A stretch of DNA of 64,000 nucleotides from an uncultured Chloroflexia bacterium (GTDB lineage: Bacteria > Chloroflexota > Limnocylindria > Limnocylindrales > CSP1-4), in the NCBI GenBank assembly GCA_963752475.1, contig CAVVYR010000004.1:192001-256000 (forward strand). The letters are read 5' to 3'. Positions 10,605 through 27,360 of the stretch are shown here, one piece after another. Numbering within the stretch: the stretch's first letter is position 1; each line of letters opens with the position of its first letter. Made by a program: the position numbers and the translations under genes. The notes below the pieces were generated by a model. The model worked only from the letters and a program-made list of their open reading frames with translations, did no database searches and was not told the DNA's origin.

Positions 10605-10670
10605 CGAGCGACACCGGATTCGGGACCAAGAGCCCTGTCGCAGGAACCACCACGGCCGCACGCTGTGTAG

Positions 10671-11723
10671 ATGGAGAGTCTCGAACGCATCCGCGGGCTC
10701 ATCGCCGGCGAGCCCGTCGATCACCTGCCCGTCCAGCCACTCATCATGCAGTTGGCTGCGAAGCACGCCGGCCTCGGCTACAACGACTACGTCACGCACG
10801 GTGAACGCCTCGCAGAGGCGCAGCTGTCGCTAGCGCAGGAGTACGGCATCGACTGCTTGATGCAATGCTCCGATCCCGCGCGCGAGCTCATCGACATCGC
10901 GGGTGGGGACGATTCGAGCGTGGAGTGGGCCGCGACCGGTCCGGCCATCGTGGAGTCGCGAGCGCTCGTGCGTGACAAGGCCACGCTGGGCAGGCTGCGA
11001 GTCCCCGACCCCCTCGCGCCAGGCAGGATGCGGGACCGCATCGAGTCGATCGAGACCATGCGCCGGCTGGCGGGACCCGATGTCTCGGTCGTGGGCTGGG
11101 TCGAGGGGCCGCTGGCGCTCGGCGCGGAGATGCGTGGTCTCTCGATGGTGATGATGGACACCTACGAGGATCCGGGCTTCCTCGACGAGCTGTTCGACTT
11201 CACTTCCCAGGTCGCGCGGACCTACTGGAAGCCACAGGCGGAGGCCGGTGCCGACACCATCGGCATGAGCGATGCCGCAGCCTCGATGATGAGCCCGGCC
11301 CACTACGAGCGGTTCATCTTTCCGGCCCAGCTGCGCGTCGTCGAGGACATCAAGGCGACCCGACCGGACGTCCTGATCCGGCTGCACATGTGCGGCCGCA
11401 CCGACGACCTGCTGCCGCTGATGAAGGAGCTGCCGGTCGACATCTGGGAGCTCGACTTTCCCGTCGACCTGGCCCGGGCACGCGAGGTGCTGGGACCGGA
11501 GCGCGTGATCCTGGGCAACGTCAACACGGTCGAGGTCATGCTCACGGGCACACCCGATGACGTCTACGCCGCGGCAGCCGAGTGTCACCGCATCTGCGGT
11601 GCCAACCATGTCGTCGGCACCGGCTGCGAGGTCGCACCCGAGACGCCGCCGGAGAACCTGCACGCACTGGTGGCCTACGCCCGCGATCACCGGCCGAGCG
11701 ACCCCGCTCCCGCCGGCGCCTAG
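10671..11723 (+). CDS. Uroporphyrinogen decarboxylase superfamily protein (MtaA/CmuA-like)
   Basis: PVDHLPV, VGWVEGP, EAGADTIGMSD, RLHMCG, ILGNVN, VGTGCEV..ETPPENL. Confidence 0.88.
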   Translation: MESLERIRGLIAGEPVDHLPVQPLIMQLAAKHAGLGYNDYVTHGERLAEAQLSLAQEYGIDCLMQCSDPARELIDIAGGDDSSVEWAATGPAIVESRALVRDKATLGRLRVPDPLAPGRMRDRIESIETMRRLAGPDVSVVGWVEGPLALGAEMRGLSMVMMDTYEDPGFLDELFDFTSQVARTYWKPQAEAGADTIGMSDAAASMMSPAHYERFIFPAQLRVVEDIKATRPDVLIRLHMCGRTDDLLPLMKELPVDIWELDFPVDLARAREVLGPERVILGNVNTVEVMLTGTPDDVYAAAAECHRICGANHVVGTGCEVAPETPPENLHALVAYARDHRPSDPAPAGA

Positions 11724-11776
11724 CACGGCATCAGCGCCGGCAGCGCACTGCCCGGTCTGACGGCATCATTGGGGCG

Positions 11777-12259
11777 ATGAACCCGTCACCCGTCGCGCAG
11801 CCCATCGAGCCCGAAACGCCGCCCGATCCGTCGACCGTCTCGCCGGTGTGGCGTGCGGTGCTGCTCGTCGTGGGCACCGCCAGCCTGGTGCTGGGCGTCA
11901 TCGGCATCGTCCTGCCTGTCCTGCCGACCACGCCGTTCCTGCTGGTCACGGCCGCCTGCTACGCCCGCGCCTCGACGCGGCTCTACACCTGGCTGCTCGG
12001 CCAGAGGTCCCTGGGGCCGATCATCGCCGAATGGCGGCGGTCGCGTTCGTTGCCGCCCGGTGTCAAGACGCGGGCGCTCGTGGTCGTGGCCATCACGTTC
12101 ACGGTCTCGGTCATCCTCGTCGACGCGCTCGTGGTACGACTGGTCCTGATCGCCATGGGCGCCATCCTGGCCACGTTCCTCTACCGCATCCCCACGGCGC
12201 AGAAGGAACCGGCGTCGGTCACCATGGGCGCCACGCCGCCACAGGAGGAGCCCCGTTGA
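11777..12259 (+). CDS. YbaN/DUF454 family membrane protein
   Basis: LGVIGIVLPVLPTTPFLLVTAACYARAS. Confidence 0.9.
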   Translation: MNPSPVAQPIEPETPPDPSTVSPVWRAVLLVVGTASLVLGVIGIVLPVLPTTPFLLVTAACYARASTRLYTWLLGQRSLGPIIAEWRRSRSLPPGVKTRALVVVAITFTVSVILVDALVVRLVLIAMGAILATFLYRIPTAQKEPASVTMGATPPQEEPR

Positions 12260-13401
12260 GCGAGCACCGCCGCCCAGTGCTCTTCGACACCCGACGCGAC
12301 CGTCAGCTGCGTGCTGCCGGCATCCGCGCCTGGGCCATCGTGGGCATCGTGGCCGTGGCCGTGGTGGCCTACACCGCCTTCTCGACGTTCAGCACGTTCA
12401 TCCTGCCGCTCATCGTCGCGGCCGTCCTCGGCATCATCTTCGAGCCGGTGGCCTCGCTCTTCGCGCGCTTCATGCCCCGCCAGGTGGCCTCGTTGCTGGT
12501 GCTTGTCGGCATCTTCGTGCTGGCCATCGTCATCGTCGCGGTCGTCGTCATCGCCATCGTCGACCAGGGCTCGGAGATCGTGGATCAGACGCAGGCCGCT
12601 ATCGACACGGGTCGCAACTGGCTTGCTGACCAAGGCATCACGGTCGTCGTCATCGACGACGTCCAGGCCCAGTTGTCCGACTTCGTGGACGAGGTCCTGC
12701 CCGGCCTACTGTCCTACGTGCCGGGTGCCTTCTCCGGCATCAGCAGCTTCCTCGTGGGCGCGTTCATCGCGCTCTTCATCCTGTACTACGTCATCGCTGA
12801 GTGGGAGACGCTGACCAGCTGGGTCGGTTCCAACCTGGGCGTCCCACAGGACCTCGGGGAAGGCATCGTCGAGGACGCCACGCGCTCGTTCCGGGACTAC
12901 TTCTACGTGCTCACCGTCGCCAGCCTCCCGGTCGCCGGCATGGTCTGGCTGGCGGCGGTGCTGATGAGCGTGCCCTTGGGCTTCACCATCGCCCTGGTCA
13001 CGTTCGTGACCTCGTACGTGCCCTACATCGGCGCGCTCATCTCGTCGGTCTTCGCCCTGCTCATCGCCTTCGGAGCCGGCGGCATCGTGCCCGCGCTCGT
13101 CATGCTCACCGTCATCCTCGTGGCCCAGAACGTGGTCCAGCCCATCGTCCAGCGCCAGATGGAGCGCAACGCGCTGGACCTGCACCCGATCGCCGGCTTC
13201 GGTTCGACCATCATCGGCTCCGTCCTCTTCGGCATCATCGGCGCCACGCTCTCGGCCCCGTTCGTAGCCATGGCCATGCGCGTGCGCGAGCGTGTGCAAG
13301 CCTTCGAGCGCGGCGAGGTCGAGATCCCGGTCACCGGCGGCGAGACGAGCGAGGCCGAGTCGGACGAAGCCGAGGCAGAGCCGGACGTCGAGGGCGCGTA
13401 G
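12256..13401 (+). CDS. AI-2E (UPF0118) family transporter
   Basis: Multi-TM protein; SYVPYIGA, QNVVQP, LHP...LFGIIGATLSAP. TTG start overlaps the YbaN stop. Confidence 0.88.
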   Translation: MSEHRRPVLFDTRRDRQLRAAGIRAWAIVGIVAVAVVAYTAFSTFSTFILPLIVAAVLGIIFEPVASLFARFMPRQVASLLVLVGIFVLAIVIVAVVVIAIVDQGSEIVDQTQAAIDTGRNWLADQGITVVVIDDVQAQLSDFVDEVLPGLLSYVPGAFSGISSFLVGAFIALFILYYVIAEWETLTSWVGSNLGVPQDLGEGIVEDATRSFRDYFYVLTVASLPVAGMVWLAAVLMSVPLGFTIALVTFVTSYVPYIGALISSVFALLIAFGAGGIVPALVMLTVILVAQNVVQPIVQRQMERNALDLHPIAGFGSTIIGSVLFGIIGATLSAPFVAMAMRVRERVQAFERGEVEIPVTGGETSEAESDEAEAEPDVEGA

Positions 13402-13465
13402 GCCTCCGCAGCCCGAGGGCGCGACCGCGTCGTGCTCCTGCACACGGTCGCCGAACACCGAGGCC

Positions 13466-14440
13466 CTAGAAGCCCATCTCCATCACCACCGCGTCATGGC
13501 CCTCGAAGGCCGAGATGCTCGATGAGGCCGGCACGATGGCGGTCGTGCCCTTCACGAGTTCCAGGTCACCCAGTCGGACCACGCCGCGGGTGACGTTGAG
13601 CACGACAGGGCCGGGCGTCCTGGCCACAGCGCTGGTCCCGCCGTCGACGCGGTGTTCGCGCATCCAGTAGTAGTCGGTCGCGACGAGATCGCGGACACCC
13701 GGCGTCTCGGTCGTGTCGAGCGAGAAGGCGGACGGCTGATCCAGGATGATCGAAGCCATCGACTCCGCGGCATGCAACTGGCGCGGCGCGCGGCCGTATT
13801 CGACGGCCCAGTCGTAGATGCGATAGGTGGTGTCGCTGGGGGTCTGGACCTCAGCTACGAAGGTGCCCGCGCCGAGTGCATGGATGCGACCGGCCGGCAC
13901 GTGGTGGAAGGCGCCAGGAACGGCCGGCTGCTCGCCGAGGAGCGACACGATGCCCGGGGTACCCATGACCGACTCGACATCGGCCATCGTCGTGCCGGCC
14001 ACGGTGTCGAGGTAGAGCACCGCGCCTGGGTCGGCGTCGACGATGTACCAGGACTCCGTCTTGAGACGCGCCTCAGGGTGTTGGGCCACGTAGTCCTCGT
14101 GCGGGTGGACCTGGACCGAGAGGTGCTCGCGGGCGTCAAGCAGCTTGAAGAGCAGCGGGAACCGGCCCTCCCTCGTCGGCACTACGGGGCCCAGGAGGTC
14201 TTCGGTCCGCTCAGCCACGACCGTGCGCAGCTTGGCTCCGGCATACGGTCCGTCGAGCACGCCACTGCTGGGGTCGTCGACGTGAGGCACGACCTCCTGC
14301 GGCAGGTCGCAGAGCTCCCAGCTCTCGCCGATGTTCACGCCCTCGGGCAGCGTCTTGCCGTAGGCCGTCAGCCTGGTGCCGCCCCACGGGCGCTCGACGA
14401 GGACGGGATCAAGGCGGAAGGGTGCGAGCTCGGTGGTCAT
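13466..14440 (-). CDS. manA: Mannose-6-phosphate isomerase, class I
   Basis: RPWGG, IGESWE, FPLLFKLLDA, LSVQVHP, KTESWY, VPAGRIHA, EVQTPSDTTYRIYDW. Confidence 0.9.
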   Translation of the reverse strand: MTTELAPFRLDPVLVERPWGGTRLTAYGKTLPEGVNIGESWELCDLPQEVVPHVDDPSSGVLDGPYAGAKLRTVVAERTEDLLGPVVPTREGRFPLLFKLLDAREHLSVQVHPHEDYVAQHPEARLKTESWYIVDADPGAVLYLDTVAGTTMADVESVMGTPGIVSLLGEQPAVPGAFHHVPAGRIHALGAGTFVAEVQTPSDTTYRIYDWAVEYGRAPRQLHAAESMASIILDQPSAFSLDTTETPGVRDLVATDYYWMREHRVDGGTSAVARTPGPVVLNVTRGVVRLGDLELVKGTTAIVPASSSISAFEGHDAVVMEMGF

Positions 14441-14528
14441 GGCGGAAGGGCGCGAGCTCGGTCATGGCCGGTCGCTCGAGTGCTGAGGCCGGCCAAGAGC
14501 CGCAGAGACCGTCCTAGCCGCTCCGGGG

Positions 14529-21043
<6,515 letters not shown>

Positions 21044-21336
21044 CAAACCCTTCCGATCGCTTCTCGGGTTCGCGTTCCAGAACTCAGTCTCACGTCGTTG
21101 ACATGACGGTCGCTCGCGGCGCGAGCGCGGGCGGGCCTAGGGTAGCGGCTTGCGGGATATCTGTGGTCCTGAGATGAATGGTCTGCTGCGGTACGGTTCG
21201 ATAGCACCAGATCGCACCTGGGGATACATATGGGCCACGTTTTCGGCAACGTTCGGGCGCGATGTGACCTGCGGCCCTTCACGCTAGTGGCGGTGGTGGT
21301 TTAGGGTGTGCGCTCCCGACCCACGAGGAGACCCCG

Positions 21337-22443
21337 ATGGCCGACCTGTCGACTACCTTCACCGGCATCCGCTTCCCGAACCCCTTCATGCTCGCCTCGG
21401 CGCCCCCGACCGAGTCCGAGTCGAACATCCGCCGCGCCTACGACGCCGGCTGGGGTGGCGTGGTCACCAAGACCATCGGCCTGCACCAGGTCACCAACGT
21501 GCGCGGCCCCAAGACGAAGTTCCTGCGTCTTGACCACAGCGGGCGATACAAGACGATGGCCAAGCTCGGCGACTCGGCGGTGATGGCGTCGTGGAACTGG
21601 GAGCTCATCAGCGACAAGCCGCTCGACTGGTGGATCGGCAAGCTCAGCGCCATCAAGCGCGACTATCCCGACCACGTGCTGGTGGCCTCGGTCATGGCCG
21701 GATCGGGCAGCGACGAGGAGATGCGCAGCTGGCAGACGCTGGTGCAAGGGGTGCAGGACGAGGGCGTCGACGCGGTCGAGCTGAACTACAGCTGCCCGCA
21801 CATGGATCGCGACGACATGGGCTCGGGGCTGGGTAAGGACGCGGCGCTCGTCTCGACCACGACCCAGGCGGTGAAGGAGGTCGCGAGGATCCCGGTGTGG
21901 GCCAAGCTCACCCCGGCCACGGCCGACATCGCGGAGGAGGCCGGAGCTACGTTCCGCGGCGGCGCCGACGCCATCACCTCGTCCAACACGTTCCCTTCGC
22001 TGCCGCCGATCGATCCCGAGACACTCGACTTCGAGATCAACGTCGACGGCTTCGTCTCACCGGGCGGGCTGGGTGGACCGGCCATCCTGATGCAGTCGCT
22101 GGCCAAGATGGCGCAGATGACGCAGGCCTATCCCGAAGGCGCGTTCTCCGGTGTCGGTGGGATCTCGACCTGGGCCGATGCCCTCTCCTTCTTCATGCTC
22201 GGCTGCGGCACGGTACAGGTCGCGACCGCGGCCATGCTGGACAAGGCCATCGGGCCGAACGTGGTGGCTGGACTCATCGAGGGCATGGACGCCTTCCTCG
22301 ACAAGCACGCCGATCGCGGCTGGTCCACGCTCGATGACTTCCGTGGCCTGCGCCGCGACGCGATCGTGGCCCAGTCACAGATCGCTCGTCCCGAGCAGCG
22401 GGGCCAGGACCCCGAAGACGCGCGCGAGGGCTACTCGGGGTAG
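21337..22443 (+). CDS. preA: Dihydropyrimidine dehydrogenase FMN subunit (PreA/PYD1-like), without C-terminal ferredoxin domain
   Basis: NPFMLASAPPT, AGWGGVVTKT, NWELISD, ELNYSCPH, PVWAKLTP, SGVGGI, VQV.TA.M; GAGGAG RBS. Confidence 0.88.
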   Translation: MADLSTTFTGIRFPNPFMLASAPPTESESNIRRAYDAGWGGVVTKTIGLHQVTNVRGPKTKFLRLDHSGRYKTMAKLGDSAVMASWNWELISDKPLDWWIGKLSAIKRDYPDHVLVASVMAGSGSDEEMRSWQTLVQGVQDEGVDAVELNYSCPHMDRDDMGSGLGKDAALVSTTTQAVKEVARIPVWAKLTPATADIAEEAGATFRGGADAITSSNTFPSLPPIDPETLDFEINVDGFVSPGGLGGPAILMQSLAKMAQMTQAYPEGAFSGVGGISTWADALSFFMLGCGTVQVATAAMLDKAIGPNVVAGLIEGMDAFLDKHADRGWSTLDDFRGLRRDAIVAQSQIARPEQRGQDPEDAREGYSG

Positions 22444-22679
22444 GCGAGCCACTCCGCGAGAGCGTCGGCGGGTAGCGCACCGGCCGCCACCAGGATGGCG
22501 GCGACCTGATACTGCAGTGAGGCGATTGACAGGATGAGTCCACTGTCTGATGCACGTGCCGTAGCGACAGTAGACGATGAGAGCACGGTCGAGTGCTCGT
22601 GCCCCAGCCCTGCGGCGCCTGGCGCTCGTTCGGCGCCGGACCCTCGTCGCCGTCGACCACGGCGTTGTGGAGGAGGTGC

Positions 22680-23873
22680 GTGGTGGCGAGGCATCAGCCT
22701 GGAGCACGTGTCGAAGCGATATGGTGACGTTGAGGCTGTCCAGGATTTGAGTCTGGATATCGCTGATGGCGAATTCATGGTCATCGTCGGGCCGTCAGGC
22801 TGCGGCAAGACGACTGCACTGCGGCTGATCGCCGGCCTCGAACAGCCGGACACCGGTAGATGTGCGCATCGATGGCCGGCTCGCGACCGCCATCCCACCG
22901 GCCGAGCGCAACGTGGCCATGGTCTTCGAGGACTTCGCGCTGTACCCCCACATGAAGGTGCGGGACAACCTGGCCTTCCCGCTACGCGCTGCGCAAGACC
23001 CCCGCGGAGGCCATCCGGCGTCGCGTCGCCGAGGTGGCCGACGCGACCGAGATCGCGCCCGTCCTTGCGCGCAAGCCAGGTGAGCTGGCCGCGGGCGAGG
23101 CGCAGCATGTGGCGGTCGGGCACGCGGTCGTGCGTGAAGTCACGCTCGGCGTTCCTGCTCGACGACGCCCTTTCTCACCTCGACGCCCACCAGCGGCTCG
23201 AGGCGAGGGCAGAGTTGGCGCGCCTGCACCGTGAGCTTGGAGCCGACCATCGTGGCCGTGACGCACGACCAGGCGGAGGCGATGGCGATGGGAACACGGG
23301 TGGCCGTCATGGCTGACGGGGGATTGCGTCAAGTGGCCACGCCACGCTGGCTCTACGAGCGTCCGGCCGACACCTTCGTGGCCGGCTTCATCGGCAATCC
23401 GCCGATGAACCTTCTCGAGATGAGCGTGGAACCCGACGACGGCCTCCGGTCGCGGCATGGTGCGTTGACATGGCCTCTACCGAAGACTGGGCTGCTGCGC
23501 AACCTCGCCGGCAGCGAGTCGGTGGTTGTCGGCTGCCGCCCTGAGCACATCCGTGTCGGGGCGACCGCGGGCCCGGACGAGGTCGGCTTCGAGGCCACGT
23601 GCGACCTCGTCGAGTACCTCGGCCATCGCCGCCTGGTCCACCTGCACGCCGCTGACCTGCTGACTCGTGGCCTCGATCGGAACAGCCGGCGACCTGACCG
23701 CTGGCGAGGTCGTCGAGTGTGCGGTGCCGGGGGCACGGCTGCACTTCTTCGATGACTCGACCGGGCTCGCCCTCGATCCGCGCTACGATCAGCGTGTCGA
23801 GCCCAGGTCGACGCCGGGTGCAGGCGCCTGGCTGCGGACGAGCCGAGGGAAGACCGGCGCGAGGGCGCGATAG
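22680..23873 (+). CDS. MalK/MsmX-type sugar ABC ATPase (multiple frameshifts)
   Basis: Fragments in three frames: [83 protein letters not shown]. Confidence 0.8.
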
Positions 23874-25253
23874 GTCTCGAGGTAGACGGTGTGGAGTTCG
23901 TCCGCGCGCTGTCGTTGTTCGCCGCGAGGCTCTACCGTGCTCGCGATCGATACGCGCTCCTCGGCGAGCGTCTGGCACATCCGGGCCGAGTCCGGCTGCG
24001 ACCATGCCCATGAGCGCCGCCCCGGTCACACCCGCGTCGAGGTCAGCGAGCACCTCCACCGGGCGGCCACTGATATCGGCCTTGACCTGGTTCCAGAGCT
24101 GACTCCGGGCACCGCCACCTGCGACTCGGAAACCTGCGACTCGGAGGCCGGCAGCGCGCTCGCAGCCCTCGAGCAACATGCGCACGGCGTGCGCCACGCC
24201 TTCGAGCGTCGCCAGCACCATATGGCCGGCTTCGGTCGCCGTGGTCAGGCCCAGGAAGACGCCTCGGGCGTCAGGGTTCCAGTAGGGCGCCCGCTCACCT
24301 GCCAGATGCGGCAGGAACACCAGCCGCTGCGGATCGCCAGCTGCTGCCTGGGCCAGGCTCAGCGCCTCCGGCACGGACAGGCCGACCAGCCGCGCGACCC
24401 ACTCGAGCGCTGAACCTCCAGCCTGCGTGGGTCCGGCATGGACGTGCATCCCGGCGACCGGAGGGAACGACACGACCCCAGGCTCCGCAGTCGCGCTTCC
24501 CGAGGCCACGCCCACGACCTCCGAGGTGCCCGCCAGGTCGAGGGCCCGACCCTCGCGCATCAGGCCGGCGCCGAAGAAACTGCCCCACGCATCCATGCTG
24601 CCGACGGCCACGGGCACGCCACTCGGCAGGCCCACGGCGTTGCCCGGCCGCGTGCGACCAAGCTGGCTGGTCATGCTCGCGGAGTGGCGGCAGGAGCTCA
24701 GCGGCGCCGTCGACCAGGCCGAGCACGTCTTCGAGGTAGCGCCCGTCGTCGCCGACCAGGCCGACCGCGCTCAGCGGGTCCGTGGCGATCTCTCCGGTCA
24801 ACTCGGCGAGGCAGTAATCCTTTGGCAGCAACAGCCAGCGTGTGGCCGCACGCACCTCCGGCTCATGTCGCTCCAGCCATGCGAGGCGCGAGAGGGAGAA
24901 CGAGGCGTCCTTGCCAAGCTCAGCCGAGGCTTCGGCGGCGCGCACGTCCTGCCAGGTGATGGCCGGTCGCAGTGGCTCCAGGTCGGCATCGACGAAGAGA
25001 TGGGTGTTGGCCTGCGAGCAGAGCCCGACCGAGCGCAGCTCGACGTCGCCCGCAGTAGCCTGCAGCTCTGACCAGCAGGCGGCCATGGCTGCGATCCAGT
25101 CGCGCGGGTCCTGCTCGACCCACCGGTGCGTGGCCGCTGGGTGGGGTACGGATGGGACACCGTCAGCATCGGTGCGTCGCTCTCGAGCCAGAGCAAGCCG
25201 GCCTTGACCGTTGACGTGCCGACATCGAAGCCGAGCGCCGCGGCGCGTGTCAT
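23789..25253 (-). CDS. FGGY family carbohydrate kinase (xylulokinase-like; frameshifted)
   Basis: LGFDVGTSTVKA, WVEQDP, PAITWQDVRA, LLPKDY, AGTSEV, FLPHLAGERAP, GGGARSQLWNQVKAD. Confidence 0.85.
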
Positions 25254-25342
25254 CGGCCCTGCCCCACCGGCGGGACATGAATCGACCGCCGTCGGGCCTC
25301 GGTGGGAGGCATGGACGGCGGCCGTGACCGACTCCGACGAAG

Positions 25343-26296
25343 TTACTGCGCGCTCTCCGCGGTGATGAGGACGCCAGGGACCAGCACATTCGGGTCCTCC
25401 GGGTCGGTGCCCGCGAAGTGGCCGTCGATGACATCGGCCAGGGTCGAGGTGATGCGTGCCCCAGTCCTGCTCCACGGTGGCGATCCAGTTGAGATCCTTG
25501 GCTACTTCGGCCTTGGCGAAGTCGGTGCCGTCGACGCCGGTCACGAGCACCTCGTCTCGCCCGATCTCCTGCGTGGCCTGGAAGGCGCCCCAGGAGGTGG
25601 CGTCCCAGCCACCTCAGACCGCGTCGAGCTCGCCCTCGGGGTACTTGACCGGGCGGTCGAGGACCGTGGCCTTGGCGAACCTGGTGGGATCCTCGGGGCT
25701 GCCCTCGATGTACTCGATGATCTCGATGCCGTTCTCCTCGAACAGCTCGCGAGCCGTGACGGCACGCAGCCGGACCGGCTCGAACGGGTCGAAGTGGATC
25801 ATGGCCACCTGGCCCTCGCCGCCGAGCGCATCGATGATGGCCTGGGCGGAGAGCGAGCCGAGATCGCCCGGATCGGTGGTGACGTTGGCCAGCATCGGCT
25901 CGAAGACGCCGCCGGCGTCAAGCCCGAAGACGGGGACCTCCGCCTCGCCCGCGGTCGCGAGGCCTTCGCCAAGCTCCCGAGAAGGCGAGCGGCCATGACG
26001 ACATCGAAGTCTGCGACGGCCGAGGCGATCTCGCCGTTGACCGCGGCATTGTCCCGGCCGTGTCGACGAGCTTGGTGTCGTAGCCGCGATCGCGTCGCCT
26101 CGGCGATGAAGAGGTCGACCGCCTGGGTCGTGGCGGGCTGGTTGGCATAGAACGGGGTGATGACGATGATCGACTTGCCGTCCTCGCGCTCATCCGTCCT
26201 GGGCCAGTGGCGGGACCGGCCAGCGCACCGGCGGCGAGGGCGAGGGTCGCGGCGGTCATGATGATGCTGGTGCGCAGGGAACCGATCGGTGTGCAT
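25343..26296 (-). CDS. Sugar ABC transporter substrate-binding protein (RbsB-like; frameshifted)
   Basis: Fragments: signal-like TAATLALAAGALAGP, SIIVITPFYANQP, IDALGGEGQVAMI, YPEGELDAV, VTGVDG, ATVEQD, PNVLVPGVLIT. Confidence 0.75.
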
Positions 26297-26364
26297 GGCG
26301 CGCTCCTCCTCTGGTGTGGGCCGTCGAGTGTGCCCTACTTCGAGCGTAGCCGGTACAGGCCGAC

Positions 26365-27360
26365 TCAGCGCTGCGGCCGAAGCCTGGGGATCGGCGGTGG
26401 CAGCACGGCCAGCACGATGACCAGCCCGCGAGATGGCCGACTGGATGGCGTCGGGGATGTCGGTGAAGTTCGAGACCGTTGTCGATGCACGCGCAGGAGG
26501 ATCACGCCCAGCACGGTGCCCGGCAGATTGGGCCGGCCGCCGCGGAACATGGCCATGCCCGATGAAGACGGCCGCGATCGACTGCAGCATCCAGCGGCTG
26601 GGTAGCCGCGGTGTTGGCGGCGTGAGCGTGCTGGCCGACTGCAGGATGCCGGCAGCGGCGGCTCCCACGCCCACAGAGCGCGAAGGCGATGAGCCGGATG
26701 CGCTTGACGTCGATGCCGCGAGTAGCGCGAGGCCTCGGCATTGCCCCGACCGCGTACATCCTGCGGCCCAGGGTCGTGCGGTCGAGCAGGAACCAGATGG
26801 CACCGGCGATGAGCAGCGCGATCCAGACCTTGTTGGAGAGGCCCAGGGTCGAGCTGCGGGCGACCTCCACGAAGCCCTCCTCGACGAGCCCGTAGACCGT
26901 GCGGCCCTCGACGCGGAAGCGCGCGAGGTTGGTGAAGACGACGGACATGCCCAGGGTGGCGATGAAGGCGAGGACACCGAGATAGGCCACGAGGACGCCG
27001 TTGAGCAGCCCACCGAGAGGCCGACCGCGAGGCCGATGCCGATGGCCAGAGGCACGAAGCCGGGGTCCTGCGCCTCACCGCCGAGGTCGTGGTCGGTGAT
27101 GAGCGCGGCCGTGAACGAGGTCGCCAGTGCGGCCAGCCCGCCGACCGAAAGATCGAAGTCACCGACGACCATGACGACGGTCTGAGCGGCGGCCACGATG
27201 ATCAGGAACGAGACGGTGTCGAGGATGTTGACCAGCAGGTTCTGCTGGGAGAGGAAGGTGCTCGGGTAGAGCGCCCGAAGAAGGCGATGAGCACGATGAG
27301 CACGAGCTGGGCCCACGAGCGGGCGCAGGCGCCGTATGGCAGCCAGACCGCGGCGGTCAT
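26365..27360 (-). CDS. Sugar ABC transporter permease (RbsC-like; frameshifted)
   Basis: [57 protein letters not shown]. Confidence 0.82.
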
